From: an uncultured Acidobacteriota bacterium
Lineage (GTDB): Bacteria; Acidobacteriota; UBA6911; RPQK01; JAPXNP01
Direction: 5' to 3'
Length of the DNA: 64,000 nt
Assembly: GCA_963777605.1 (NCBI GenBank)
Contig: CAVZRV010000008.1
Span: 32,001-96,000, forward strand
Positions 1-10,154 of the stretch are shown here, piece after piece. Below the pieces are notes generated by a model, which was given only the letters and a program-made list of their open reading frames with translations, ran no database searches and had not been told where the DNA came from. Each line of letters starts with the position of its first letter. Position 1 is the first letter of the stretch. A program made the translations under genes and the position numbers.

Positions 1-1680
1 CAGGGCCGGGGAAATGACCCAGTTCAGACCGCGACCGGCGAAGCGCACGAGACCGCGCAGGTCGGTCACCAGCACGGTCGCGGCGTCAACGAAAAGAAAG
101 TGCAGAAACCGGGTGATCCCAAGGAAGACGGACCGCCCCACGGTGCGGAATCTGCCGGCCGGAGCCTCGGCAACGGCTGGGGAGGCAGCGGGGACGGGTT
201 CTGTTGACGGAGTCCTGGTGGTTCGCGCCAGGAGCATGGGAATGAATGCCAGTGCTACCAAAAGGGACGCCAACAGCGAATAGGTGATCGTCAGGGCCTG
301 GTCTTTGAAGAGTTGACCGGCGATCCCCTCCACGAAAATCAGGGGGAGGAAGACCGCAACCGTGGTCAGGGTCGAAGCCGTGACCGCTTTGCTGACTTCG
401 ACCGTACCGAGATAGACCGCTTGACGGAGCTGGGTTCCCTGCTTGCGGTGACGGTCGATCGCTTCGAGTACGACGATCGAGTTGTCCACAAGCATTCCGA
501 CCCCGAGAGCCACACCGCCCAGTGACATGATGTTGAGGCTGATGTCGGTCTGGTACATGAGCGCAAAGGTGGCCATGATCGAAATGGGGATGGAGAAGCC
601 GATGGTCAGGGTGCTGCGCAGGTCCCGGAGGAACACAAAGAGAACGATCGTCGCCAGCAGTCCACCCAGCACGGCCGCCGAGAGAACGTTGGAAACCGCG
701 CTTTGGATGAAATCGGCCTGGTTGGAGACAACCTCGTAATCGACTCCCTCGGGGAATCGCTTGTTTTTCTTGAGGGAATCGAGTTGGCGAATCACCGAGC
801 GGGCCACAGTGACGGTATTGGCGTCTCCCTCCTTGTAGACCGCCATTTCGACCGATTCCTGTCCCTTGAGGCGGGCGATGATCTCCCGGTCCCTGGTTCC
901 CCGCCAGGCGCGGGCGACATCACCAAGTACGACCTTCTTGCCGCCGTTATCGCGGATCACGATGTTCCGGATCTCATCGACGTTCTGGAACTGGTTCAGC
1001 ATCCGGACGAGGTAGTTGGCATCCTGGTCGTACAGGCTTCCGGTCGCCTGGTTGAGGTTCTCCTGGCGAAGGACCTCGGTGACCTCGGTGATGGGGATGC
1101 CCAGTTCGGCGAGGCGCTTCTCATCGACTTCGATGCGGATCTGTTCTTCCAGCCCTCCGATCACCTTGATGGCAGCGACCCCGTCGGTTGCCTCGAGGTA
1201 CTTCTTCAGCTCCTTCTCGGCCAGGTAGCGAAGCGAGGCCAGGCTCTCATCCCCGTAAATCCGGATCCGCATCACGGGATCGTGAGAGGGGTCGAAGCGG
1301 AGGATGACGGGTTTCTCGGCATCCCGGGGGAGGTTCACAAAGTCCAGTTTCTCCCGGACTTCGAGACTCGAGATGTCCATGTCGGTGTCCCAGCCGAACT
1401 CCATTACGACCTCGGACTGCCCCGACCGAGACACCGAGTACATCTTGGTCAGACCCGGGACGACACCGACTGCTTCCTCGATCGGTTGGGTCAGGAGGGC
1501 CTCGATTTCCTCGGGGGCCGCATCCTCATAGTCGGTCTGAATGGTGAGCGAAGGGTAGGAGATGTCGGGAAGCAGATTCAAAGCAAGGCGATCCAGGGAG
1601 ACCAACCCGAAAAGCATGACGGCAACCACGAACATGGATACCGTAACCGGCCGCTGAATGGATGCTTTAATCAGGCTCAT
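1..1680 (-). CDS. RND efflux transporter permease (AcrB/AcrD/AcrF family), N-terminal part; runs off the window start
   Basis: Not in the ORF track. Manual minus-strand translation from ATG 1680: MSLIKASIQRPVTVSMFVVAVMLFGLVSLDRLALNLLPDISYPSLTIQT..., later SLGGLALGVGMLVDNSIVVLE. Lies downstream of the adaptor gene. Confidence 0.93.
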   Translation of the reverse strand, partial: MSLIKASIQRPVTVSMFVVAVMLFGLVSLDRLALNLLPDISYPSLTIQTDYEDAAPEEIEALLTQPIEEAVGVVPGLTKMYSVSRSGQSEVVMEFGWDTDMDISSLEVREKLDFVNLPRDAEKPVILRFDPSHDPVMRIRIYGDESLASLRYLAEKELKKYLEATDGVAAIKVIGGLEEQIRIEVDEKRLAELGIPITEVTEVLRQENLNQATGSLYDQDANYLVRMLNQFQNVDEIRNIVIRDNGGKKVVLGDVARAWRGTRDREIIARLKGQESVEMAVYKEGDANTVTVARSVIRQLDSLKKNKRFPEGVDYEVVSNQADFIQSAVSNVLSAAVLGGLLATIVLFVFLRDLRSTLTIGFSIPISIMATFALMYQTDISLNIMSLGGVALGVGMLVDNSIVVLEAIDRHRKQGTQLRQAVYLGTVEVSKAVTASTLTTVAVFLPLIFVEGIAGQLFKDQALTITYSLLASLLVALAFIPMLLARTTRTPSTEPVPAASPAVAEAPAGRFRTVGRSVFLGITRFLHFLFVDAATVLVTDLRGLVRFAGRGLNWVISPAL

Positions 1681-1779
1681 CGTTGACTCCGCCGAGGACA
1701 GCGATGCCCTCTATCTGGTTATTCGCTCTGGATTGCAGGAGTTGGCGTCACGGCAGTCGGAACGCAACGGAGATGGCAG

Positions 1780-3009
1780 TCAAGCCGTTGTACCCTCTAC
1801 CCGTCGGATCTTGCTGCCTTCTTTGAGTCCGCCCTGGCCGGCGACGACGACCGAGTCCCCTGGGGCAACGCCCTCAACGACTTCGACATCTCCTCCATCC
1901 TGGTAACCCAGAGCGACGTTCACGCGTCGAACGGTATCTTCCGAGGCCACGAATACGAATGTGTCCCCATCCTCTTCAACGATCGCGCGCTTCGGGATGA
2001 GAACCCGGTCCTGGCGAGTATCGGTTCTGATGTCCACCCGGACGAATCCACCCGGTTTGAACAAATCGTTGTCGCCGGCAAGTTCGATGGTGACCTTCAC
2101 CGTTCCGGTTGCCTGGTCAACCACCGGGCTGATGCGGGCCACCCGGCCCTGCAGGCCCAGCGTGGACTCGACGCCGGAAAAGACGGTGGTCACCTGTCCC
2201 GGGTTGATTCGGCTGGCGTCACGCTCGGACAGGAAGACCTCCGCCTGCAGCGGGGAGAAATCACCGAGCTTGAACAGGGTTTCAATGGTCCGCACCGTCT
2301 GCCCGAGATCGATTTCCCGGGACGTGATGAACCCGGCAAAAGGCGCCTCGATCACCGTTCTGGCAATTTCCAGTTCCGATTGCTCGATTTCCGCCTTGAG
2401 TTCGTCAACGCGGTGGAGCAATTCACGCGATTCGGAAGAGGAGACTTTCAGGTCGTGCTCGAGTTCGTCGAGCTTGTACTTGACCTGGGCGACTTCCCGC
2501 TCACTGACGAGGCGTTCCTCGTAGAGCTTGTGGTAGCGTTCGTACTCCTCGCGGGTGTTGGCCAGTTGGACATTGGACTTGTCCTGAAGAATGGTGGCCT
2601 TCTCGAGTTGGAGTTTCGCCTGGGCGAGTTTCTGCCGGGAGGACTGGAGCCGGATCTGGGCCTCGGTGTCGTCCAGCCGACAAAGCGCCTGACCCTTTTG
2701 AACGAAGTCACCCTCCTCGACGAGCACGTTACGCACCACGCCTTCGGTTTGCGAGGCCAGCGCGACTTCTCGTCTCGCCTTCAAATTGGCGGTCGATGAA
2801 ACGGAAGCGGAGATTTCGCCCTTGTGAGCTACTGCGAGTTCGACGGCAACCGAGTTCTCCTTGTCTTCCTTGGAGGGTTGCGACGATTGGGCAGAGTCGG
2901 CGAGGGAGACGGAACCGTCACTGGTGAGCAGGGGCATCAGGAGATACCCGGCAATGGCAAAGGCAACCAAAAATCCCAGGAGGCCATAGGTTTTACTTCT
3001 CACGCTCAT
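1780..3009 (-). CDS. RND efflux periplasmic adaptor (membrane fusion protein)
   Basis: N-terminal TM, lipoyl-like VEEGDFVQKGQ, coiled coil, IEAPFAG, ISPVVDQATGT, IPKRAI. Confidence 0.93.
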   Translation of the reverse strand: MSVRSKTYGLLGFLVAFAIAGYLLMPLLTSDGSVSLADSAQSSQPSKEDKENSVAVELAVAHKGEISASVSSTANLKARREVALASQTEGVVRNVLVEEGDFVQKGQALCRLDDTEAQIRLQSSRQKLAQAKLQLEKATILQDKSNVQLANTREEYERYHKLYEERLVSEREVAQVKYKLDELEHDLKVSSSESRELLHRVDELKAEIEQSELEIARTVIEAPFAGFITSREIDLGQTVRTIETLFKLGDFSPLQAEVFLSERDASRINPGQVTTVFSGVESTLGLQGRVARISPVVDQATGTVKVTIELAGDNDLFKPGGFVRVDIRTDTRQDRVLIPKRAIVEEDGDTFVFVASEDTVRRVNVALGYQDGGDVEVVEGVAPGDSVVVAGQGGLKEGSKIRRVEGTTA

Positions 3010-3221
3010 AGGCTCTTTCCAATTCTTCTAATTGAAAGCGGCTTTCTGTTCCTGTCTCTGTATCCTCAAACGCTCAAGAACGAAATTGATTAACAAAAAG
3101 TTCTGCAAGAATCCGGATATGTGGACGCATCGGGTGGAGTTTGGTTCAAGCAAAGGGCAAGATTAGGGCGAACAATTCTTGTTGTGTCCTGAAACCGACA
3201 GATCGCGATCCGTCACCGGTC

Positions 3222-3443
3222 ATGAAGCAACTGCTGACCTACAGAACCCTGATCCTCCTGGCCATCTTCTTTGCTCTTGCTCCCTTCTACCCTGAGCCAC
3301 ACCTGGTCGAGAAACTCCGGATGCTGGCGAACGGGACGCTGACCCGCCCGATCGATATCTTTGACCTTTTCTGGCACAGTTGGCCCATTTTCCTGCTTCT
3401 GGGGCGCGTGATTTGGGATTTCAGGGAGGGGAAGAAACAATGA
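3222..3443 (+). CDS. Small (73 aa) two-TM membrane protein, coupled to the next gene
   Basis: MKQLLTY...APFYPEPHLVEKLRML..G.L.RPIDIFDLFWH; its stop overlaps the next ATG (ATGA at 3440-3443). Confidence 0.75.
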   Translation: MKQLLTYRTLILLAIFFALAPFYPEPHLVEKLRMLANGTLTRPIDIFDLFWHSWPIFLLLGRVIWDFREGKKQ

Positions 3444-5158
3444 ATTATCCAATCTGGGAGGTGCCCGCTTCCGGCCTTTTTATCGCCGTGATCGCGGTCG
3501 TTCACGTGTTCATCTCCCACTTTGCAGTGGGGGGAGGACTCTTTCTTGTCTGGTACGAAACCAGAGCAAGGCGTGAATCGGACGGGGCGCTTCTCGCCTA
3601 TGTCAGGCTCCACAGTCGCTTCTTTCTCCTGTTGACGCTCGTCCTCGGCGCTCTGACCGGCGTCGGCATCTGGTTCACGATCGGTCTTGTTCAGCCCCAG
3701 GCAACGTCAACGCTGATCCAGTTCTTCGTCTGGGGATGGGCGAGTGAGTGGACCTTCTTCGTGATCGAGATTGCCGCGGCAATGGTTTACTACTACGGAT
3801 GGGACCGGCTTTCGGCTCGAGCCCACCTGACGGTGGGATGGATCTACTTCATTGCCGCCTGGATGAGCCTCTTCATTATCAACGGGATCCTGACCTTCAT
3901 GCTGACGCCGGGACGCTGGATCCAGTCCAGGGACCTGCTCGATGCCTTCTTCAACCCCACCTTCTGGCCGTCTCTTGTGACCCGCACCCTGATTTGCGTG
4001 GGATTGGCGGGACTCTACGCGCTCTTGACCGCTTCTTTCCTCCACAACCGAGAGACCCGGTTGAAGATCATCAAAGCGGCTGGGCTCTACTGGCTGGTAC
4101 CGGCAGGAGTGCTCCTCCCCATTTCGTTCATCTGGTACCTCTCCGCTGCAGCCGGGGCCGCAGTGCCGGTGGCAGACGTCCTGGGATCGGCAGGACCGTC
4201 CCTATTCGATGTTGTTTCGTCTTCCCTGTTCGGCGCACCGACCTCCGGGTATCCGTACGCGGTAACCGCTGTCTTCCTCGGGACGCTGGCTTTCATTGTT
4301 ATCGCGTTGTGTTCGCTGCTGCTTGGCCTGGTCCCCTCCCTGGCCCGGCCGACCATCGTAATGCCCCTCTTCTTGCTGGGGCTGGTCGCGTTTGGAGGAT
4401 TCGAGTGGATTCGGGAGGATCTCAGGAAGCCGTACGTGATCGGCCATTACATGTTCGTGAACGGAATCCGGCTCCCCGAGCCTGCAGGAGTGTCGCCTGC
4501 GCAAGCCGACCCGTTTTCGGTCACCAGCCTGAACGAGAAGGGGGTTTTGGCGGTCGCTCGCTGGAGCCCGCCCCAGGCCGAGTTGGAAGCAAAATCTCCT
4601 GGTAGTGGGGATCTCCGGGGAAAGGAGATCTTCCGGCTCCTTTGCACTTCCTGCCACACCGTGGATGGCCACCTGGCGATTCAACCCCTGGTAGCCGGAA
4701 AGACCCCGGAGGCGATTGACAACATTATTCAGAAACTTGCCCTCCCTGTGGACAGTGCCGGGAACCCGACCTCCTGGGATGATCCTGGTCTCCGTTTGAA
4801 AACGTGGCGGGGAAGGCGAATGCCACCGTTCGTCGGGACCACTGAGGAGCGTGGTTACCTGACCAATTACCTGGCCGGCCTGGCCGATACGCTGGAGTCT
4901 GCTCCTGCGGCTTCGCCGGGACAGCGGTTCTTCGAAGCCAACTGCGCTTTCTGCCACGGCCCCAATGCCGACTGGCCGATGCGGGTCGTCGGCTCCGGGA
5001 AGCGTTACAAGGATTTCCTGGTCCTGATACCACGGTTACCCGAAGTCAACCCGATCATGCCGCCTTTCGAGGGGACCGATGAACAGAAGGATGCGCTGGC
5101 CCACTATCTCGAAGAACTCGTAACCGGCGGAAGCCAGAAAGAGGAGGCCCAGCAGTGA
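3440..5158 (+). CDS. Cytochrome bd-superfamily CydA-like subunit with two C-terminal c-type heme domains (OR-C-like)
   Basis: HVFISHFAVGGG, GVGIWF, WASEWTFFVIE, NGILTFMLTP, FFNP and EWIREDLRKPYVI match CydA motifs; CxxCH twice (CTSCH, CAFCH). Confidence 0.85.
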   Translation: MNYPIWEVPASGLFIAVIAVVHVFISHFAVGGGLFLVWYETRARRESDGALLAYVRLHSRFFLLLTLVLGALTGVGIWFTIGLVQPQATSTLIQFFVWGWASEWTFFVIEIAAAMVYYYGWDRLSARAHLTVGWIYFIAAWMSLFIINGILTFMLTPGRWIQSRDLLDAFFNPTFWPSLVTRTLICVGLAGLYALLTASFLHNRETRLKIIKAAGLYWLVPAGVLLPISFIWYLSAAAGAAVPVADVLGSAGPSLFDVVSSSLFGAPTSGYPYAVTAVFLGTLAFIVIALCSLLLGLVPSLARPTIVMPLFLLGLVAFGGFEWIREDLRKPYVIGHYMFVNGIRLPEPAGVSPAQADPFSVTSLNEKGVLAVARWSPPQAELEAKSPGSGDLRGKEIFRLLCTSCHTVDGHLAIQPLVAGKTPEAIDNIIQKLALPVDSAGNPTSWDDPGLRLKTWRGRRMPPFVGTTEERGYLTNYLAGLADTLESAPAASPGQRFFEANCAFCHGPNADWPMRVVGSGKRYKDFLVLIPRLPEVNPIMPPFEGTDEQKDALAHYLEELVTGGSQKEEAQQ

Positions 5159-6246
5159 TCACCAACGCTGGAATACCGTTGCCGGATACCCTGCCCCTGG
5201 CCGCTCCTGTCTGGCTGTTCTGGAGCCTGCTGCTGCTGACGTTCTTTCTCCATCTTTTGCCAATGAATTTCGTCCTGGGCGGATCGGTGCTCGGGGCGAT
5301 CAGCTGGATCAGGAGCCGCAAAGACGGGGCGAACCACCACCGGGCGATTGCCAACTGGTTGGGCAAGAGCATGCCTGTTGCCTTTGCCGCCACCGTCACC
5401 TTCGGAGTGGCACCACTTCTCTTTGTCCAGGTCCTCTACGGCCGGCTGCTCTACACCAGTTCAATCCTGATGGGTTGGTTCTGGATCTCCCTGATCGATC
5501 TCCTGGTCCTTGCCTATTACGGTGCCTACACGGTCAGCTTCAAGGCGCGGAGCAGAACCCTGATCGCTTCCGCCGTCGCCCTGTTCACCCTGATGGTGGC
5601 GTTCACGTTTTCCAACAACATGAGCCTGATGCTCCGCCCCGAGGTCTTCGCAGGCAAGTACCTGGAGAGCGCGGCCGGAACCTGGCTGAACCTGGATGAT
5701 GCGACGGTGATTCCCCGTTACCTGCACATGGTTGTGGGGGCCCTGGCGGTCGCCGGAATCGCCCTGGCGTTCTGGGGAAATCTGAAAAGGAGACAGGATC
5801 GTGAAACGGGTCAGGCCGTCTTCCGCTACGGGTTGCACGTTTTCGCAGGCGCCACCGCGGTGAACTTTGTCCTCGGAACGATCTTCCTTCTCTCTTTCCC
5901 CCAGTCCGTCCTGCTGGCCTTCATGAAGAGCGGCCTGGTGGGCCCGGTGAGCCTGCTGGTCGGTTTCATCGGCGGACTGGTGGCGATCCCCCTGGCAATC
6001 CTGGCCGCCCACGCGAAAGAATCGGGCCGCTGGTTTCCCTGGGTGGTTGTCTCGACGCTGGCTACCCTGGTCACCATGGTCCTGGTTCGGGACTCGATGC
6101 GCACGGTCACTCTGAGCACGAGCTATCAGCCGGTCACCTGGGTAGCCCCGCAGTGGGGCGCGATCGCAGTGTTTCTTGTGCTGCTGATTATTGCGGTGGC
6201 AACCGTGATCGGAATGGTCTGGGTGCTGGCTCGCAGCAAAGCGTAA
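5155..6246 (+). CDS. Polytopic membrane partner subunit of the bd-like oxidase (CydA-paralogue type)
   Basis: Many TMs; FFLHLLPMNFVLGG, TFGVAPLLFVQVLYG, PRYLHM; GTGA overlap with the upstream gene. Confidence 0.75.
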   Translation: MITNAGIPLPDTLPLAAPVWLFWSLLLLTFFLHLLPMNFVLGGSVLGAISWIRSRKDGANHHRAIANWLGKSMPVAFAATVTFGVAPLLFVQVLYGRLLYTSSILMGWFWISLIDLLVLAYYGAYTVSFKARSRTLIASAVALFTLMVAFTFSNNMSLMLRPEVFAGKYLESAAGTWLNLDDATVIPRYLHMVVGALAVAGIALAFWGNLKRRQDRETGQAVFRYGLHVFAGATAVNFVLGTIFLLSFPQSVLLAFMKSGLVGPVSLLVGFIGGLVAIPLAILAAHAKESGRWFPWVVVSTLATLVTMVLVRDSMRTVTLSTSYQPVTWVAPQWGAIAVFLVLLIIAVATVIGMVWVLARSKA

Positions 6247-6289
6247 TGCCCGTTTGCACTTCGGACTTCCCGGTTCGCAGTTTCTTTGA

Positions 6290-7249
6290 TCAGGCTCGGC
6301 AGCAGCCGTCGTCGTGGTGGTTGCGGAGGAACCGGTCGAACGCCATGGCTGAGGGGGCAACCAGGCCGCGGATCCGTTCCTTTGCCGCCTCGTCGATGGG
6401 CCTGAAGTTGCGCGCGACCTCGATGTTCTCTCTTACGAAATCGAACTTCGGCATTCCCACGACACAGGTGGCGACCGGAAGACTCATCGAGTAGTGCAGC
6501 AAGTCCTGCGGCGAGGCCTTGCCGGGCCCCGTTCCGACGATCTGCTCCTGCCCCATGATCTTCATCGCCAGGATGCCGAGTCCCTTTCGCCGTGCCGTGG
6601 GCAGTGCGATCCGCTCGAAGCCGGTCGAAAACCCGGTGTTCGTGGCCGCGTTGAGCGCCATCTGAACGCAGTCCAGATCGTGTCGCTCAATCGCGGTTTT
6701 CATGGTCTCAGCGTCGGTGTGCGAGGTCATCCCGACAAACCGGCACATCTTCTCGTCCCGGGCCCGGTAGATTGCCCGCAAGACACCGTCGGGCCGTTCG
6801 ATCGCGGCCAGGTCGTCCGCCCTCTCGAGGCTGTGGATGTGGAGGAGATCGACATGGTCGGTCTGGAGTCGCTTCAGGCTGGCTTCAATGGCCCGCATGG
6901 CCGCGTCATATCCCCGCTCACTGACCTTGGTCGTCAGCCAGACCTCGTTCCGGCGCGTTTTCATCACCTTCCCGTAGCGGGTTTCACTGAGGCCGTCACC
7001 GTAGCTCATGGCGGTGTCAAGATAATTCACTCCGTGGTCGATGACCCAGTTGAGCACCTCCAGCGCGCGATCCTCGTCCTCGTACATGAGAAAGCGGCTG
7101 CCGCCGCCAAAGCCGAGGATCGAAACCTGGCCGCCGGTTCGGCCAAGTGTCCGCCTCGGTATCGCCCCCTGGCCACTCAGGCTTCCTGCCGCACAAATCC
7201 CGGCCGCCGTAGCCGCCATGAAGTCCCTTCGATTCACTTTGTTGCTCAT
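6290..7249 (-). CDS. Aldo/keto reductase with Tat signal
   Basis: NRRDFM Tat motif; RRTLGRTG, GVNYLDTAMSY, SLKRLQTDHVDL..IH; start set to ATG 7249. Confidence 0.9.
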   Translation of the reverse strand: MSNKVNRRDFMAATAAGICAAGSLSGQGAIPRRTLGRTGGQVSILGFGGGSRFLMYEDEDRALEVLNWVIDHGVNYLDTAMSYGDGLSETRYGKVMKTRRNEVWLTTKVSERGYDAAMRAIEASLKRLQTDHVDLLHIHSLERADDLAAIERPDGVLRAIYRARDEKMCRFVGMTSHTDAETMKTAIERHDLDCVQMALNAATNTGFSTGFERIALPTARRKGLGILAMKIMGQEQIVGTGPGKASPQDLLHYSMSLPVATCVVGMPKFDFVRENIEVARNFRPIDEAAKERIRGLVAPSAMAFDRFLRNHHDDGCCRA

Positions 7250-7328
7250 TGTTGCGACTCTCCTCTTCTCCTGATCCACAGCATCAGGATCACTTGACCG
7301 GCACCGAGGCTGTGATGCGAAGCCGCAT

Positions 7329-7991
7329 TCAGGACCCGGGCTCGACCTCTCCAAGACTGCGCAATCGGGCGTATTTGCCCGGAACGACAACCGGTTCTCC
7401 CATGCCGCCCACAGGGCGATCGATGGGGCGCTGTTTCACGTTTCGAAACCGCTCGATCAACCGGTCTCCCTCTGCCCGCTTCCCCTCCATGATGCTGAGA
7501 CGAGCCAGGTTATAAAGAGCCACCGTGTTGTCAGGATCGATCTCAATCGCATTTCGAAAGAGTTGAGCGGCGCGGGCGTGATTCCCCTCGTGAAATTCTA
7601 TCAGGCCCAATTGGCTCATGGTGGCCGAATCGGATGGATCCAGGTCAAGCAGCCTCTGAAACGGCTCCCGAGCTTCAGTTTCCCGGCCCCGGCGAACCAG
7701 CAGCACTCCCGAGAGGTAGATCACGTAAGGGTCGTCAGGCGCCACGGTACCAAGCCTGTTCAACTGAGCCTGCGATTCCTCCAGTTCTCCCGAGTTGAGG
7801 CAAGCAATCGCCAGGTTGACCTGGATGACGGGACAAGCCGGATCCAGCTGGAGAGCTTTTCTGAACTCGGATGCGGCCCCTTGGAAATCCTGTGCCTGTG
7901 CCCGTTCGATGCCGCGGTGGTTAGCGAGGCGGGCCCCGGCGTCTCCACATACCGGACTCATTCCAATGATCAGAATCAACCAGGCGATCAA
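7329..7991 (-). CDS. Secreted tetratricopeptide-repeat protein
   Basis: Signal-like N-terminus, several TPRs (FRKALQLDP, FQRLLDLDP, FRNAIEIDP). Confidence 0.8.
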   Translation of the reverse strand: MIAWLILIIGMSPVCGDAGARLANHRGIERAQAQDFQGAASEFRKALQLDPACPVIQVNLAIACLNSGELEESQAQLNRLGTVAPDDPYVIYLSGVLLVRRGRETEAREPFQRLLDLDPSDSATMSQLGLIEFHEGNHARAAQLFRNAIEIDPDNTVALYNLARLSIMEGKRAEGDRLIERFRNVKQRPIDRPVGGMGEPVVVPGKYARLRSLGEVEPGS

Positions 7992-8191
7992 GATCAGTCA
8001 CCCTCCGCTCCACCCGGTGGACCCGAGTGCGCAAGAGCAGACTAACAGGCTTTGTCTCCCGGTCAAGAATCCGGGGCGACGTGGGCCAATGTCCGAACTC
8101 ATGGGTTATTTAGCGCAAGTCAAGGTCCCCAGTGGGTTCACACAGGCACCGGAGATTCGCCGGACCTCCGGATCCAGCGCTTCAGGCTGGG

Positions 8192-8207
8192 TGGCATATG
8201 TATTGCT
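8192..8207 (+). promoter_or_regulatory. Sigma-54 (-24/-12) promoter of the hox operon
   Basis: TGGCATATGTATTGCT = TGGCAY-N5-TTGC with exact GG-N10-GC spacing, about 120 bp upstream of hoxF. Confidence 0.8.
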
Positions 8208-8327
8208 TGTCTGTGATAGGTGGCAGGCCTTGTTGTTGAGCGAAATGTGAACTGAATGAAGTTGGCGAGGTCAAGCTTCCTGAGTTGGGCTCGTTTCGAA
8301 CGTCGCGAGTGAGGACAGGTGTTAACC

Positions 8328-10142
8328 ATGAGTAAAGATCTCAAAACGGCAATCCAGGAAATTTGCCGGCGACACGGGAACGATCGGACCAGACTGATGG
8401 ATGTTGCCCTGGAAGCGCAGCGGCGCTTCGGCTGGTTCTCGAGTGAAACCATCGATCTGGTGGCCGAAGGACTGAACACGAGCCGGGTTGAAGTAGAGAG
8501 CCTGGTTTCGTTCTACGCTTTTTTGACCGAGGAACCGGGCGGTCATGTTGTCATCCGGGTCTGTAACGACATCATCGATGAGATGGCCGGAGCCCGGAAG
8601 GTGGTCGAGGCATTCGAAGAAGAGCTGGGGATTCGGACGGGAGAGACCACTCCCGACGGCCGGATATCGCTGACAGAGACGGCGTGCATCGGGATGTCCG
8701 ACCAGGCTCCCGCAGCGCTGATCAATGACGTCGTCGTGACTCGACTTTCGAGCGACCGGGCCCGGGAGATCGTGGCTGAGCTGAAGGAACACGCCGATCC
8801 GAAGCGACTGGTCAAGAAATTGGGTGATGGCAATAACGCCCGTGACCTGGTTTCGTCCATGGTGGAGAATAACATTCGATTGCGTGGGCCGGTCATCTTC
8901 GCTTCCCATGAACTGGGAGAAGGCCTTGAAAAGGCGCTTGCGATGAGCCCGGCGGAAGTGATCCGGAACGTCAAGACGGCTCGACTCCGAGGCCGGGGCG
9001 GAGCGGGCTTTCCGACGGGCATGAAGTGGGAGTTCACTCGGGCCGCCAAATCTGAGAAGCGGTTCATCGTCTGCAACGCCGACGAGGGGGAACCGGGGAC
9101 CTTCAAGGACCGGGTCATCCTCACCGAGTGCCCCGACCTGCTCTTTGAAGGCATGACAATCGGTGGATACGCGATCGGCGCCCAGGAGGGCATCCTCTAC
9201 CTGAGAGGTGAGTACGCTTACCTGAAGGACTTCCTGGAGGCTGTGCTCCAGGAGCGGCGTAACCGGGGCTTGCTGGGTGAAAAGGTCTGGGGCCGGGAAG
9301 ACTTCAGTTTTGATATCCGGATCCAGATGGGTGCCGGCGCCTACATCTGCGGTGAGGAAACCGCTCTTCTCAACTCCTGCGAAGGGAAGCGGGGTGATCC
9401 TCGGAATCGTCCCCCCTTTCCCGCCCAGAAAGGCTACCTGGGGCACCCGACTTCAGTGAACAACGTCGAGACCTTTTGCTGTGTCTCCCGGATCATCCAG
9501 GAAGGGTCCGCCTGGTTTGCACAACTCGGTTCAAAGGGGAGTTCCGGAACCAAGCTGCTGAGTGTCTCCGGAGACTGCAGGCGGCCCGGAGTCTACGAAG
9601 TTCCTTTCGGGGTCAGCCTTGGCGAAGTTCTCAGGATGGTCGGAGGGGAAGACGCCCAGGCCGTCCAGGTCGGAGGCCCCAGCGGGCAGATGGTCGGCCC
9701 GGACGATTTCAAGCGCAAGATCTGTTATGACGACCTGGCGACAGGTGGTTCGGTGATGGTCTTCTCACGGGAGCGGGACCTGCTGGAAGTGGTCGATTCC
9801 TTCCTGGCCTTTTTCGAAGAGGAATCCTGCGGTTACTGCACACCCTGCCGGGTCGGGAACTCGCTCCTGCGTCAGTGCTTCGAGCGCTTCATCGAGAATC
9901 GGGCTGAGACCGGAGACATCGACTACCTGAAATCTCTGGCCGGCACGGTGAAGAGAGCCAGCCGTTGCGGGCTCGGGCAGACGTCTCCCAATCCGGTGCT
10001 GTCCACCCTGGAGCGGTTTCCCCACCTTTACGAGTCCCGAATCGTGGAACAGGAAGGTTTCCGGACGGGATTCGTTCTGGCGGATGCGGTCACAGAGGCC
10101 GCCGGAATCGCTGGGCGTAGTCCGGTCCACCTGGATCATTGA
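8328..10142 (+). CDS. hoxF: NAD-reducing [NiFe]-hydrogenase diaphorase large subunit (NuoE+NuoF-like)
   Basis: LRGRGGAGFPTGMKW, CNADEGEPGTFKDR, GAGAYICGEETAL, ESCGYCTPCRVG, SRCGLG; alternative GTG start at 8319. Confidence 0.95.
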   Translation: MSKDLKTAIQEICRRHGNDRTRLMDVALEAQRRFGWFSSETIDLVAEGLNTSRVEVESLVSFYAFLTEEPGGHVVIRVCNDIIDEMAGARKVVEAFEEELGIRTGETTPDGRISLTETACIGMSDQAPAALINDVVVTRLSSDRAREIVAELKEHADPKRLVKKLGDGNNARDLVSSMVENNIRLRGPVIFASHELGEGLEKALAMSPAEVIRNVKTARLRGRGGAGFPTGMKWEFTRAAKSEKRFIVCNADEGEPGTFKDRVILTECPDLLFEGMTIGGYAIGAQEGILYLRGEYAYLKDFLEAVLQERRNRGLLGEKVWGREDFSFDIRIQMGAGAYICGEETALLNSCEGKRGDPRNRPPFPAQKGYLGHPTSVNNVETFCCVSRIIQEGSAWFAQLGSKGSSGTKLLSVSGDCRRPGVYEVPFGVSLGEVLRMVGGEDAQAVQVGGPSGQMVGPDDFKRKICYDDLATGGSVMVFSRERDLLEVVDSFLAFFEEESCGYCTPCRVGNSLLRQCFERFIENRAETGDIDYLKSLAGTVKRASRCGLGQTSPNPVLSTLERFPHLYESRIVEQEGFRTGFVLADAVTEAAGIAGRSPVHLDH

Positions 10143-10154
10143 GGAGAGTAGAAC

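Noticed and set aside
703-1686. 327-aa plus-strand ORF and the many other long antisense ORFs (e.g. 13860-15380, 29149-30537, 47765-49006)
   Set aside because: Shadows of real genes on the opposite strand in GC-rich DNA; no motifs of their own.
3086-3099. FNR box upstream of the bd-like operon
   Set aside because: Only the TTGAT half-site matches.
8221-8237. Second sigma-54-like site TGGCAGGCCTTGTTG
   Set aside because: No GC at the -12 position.
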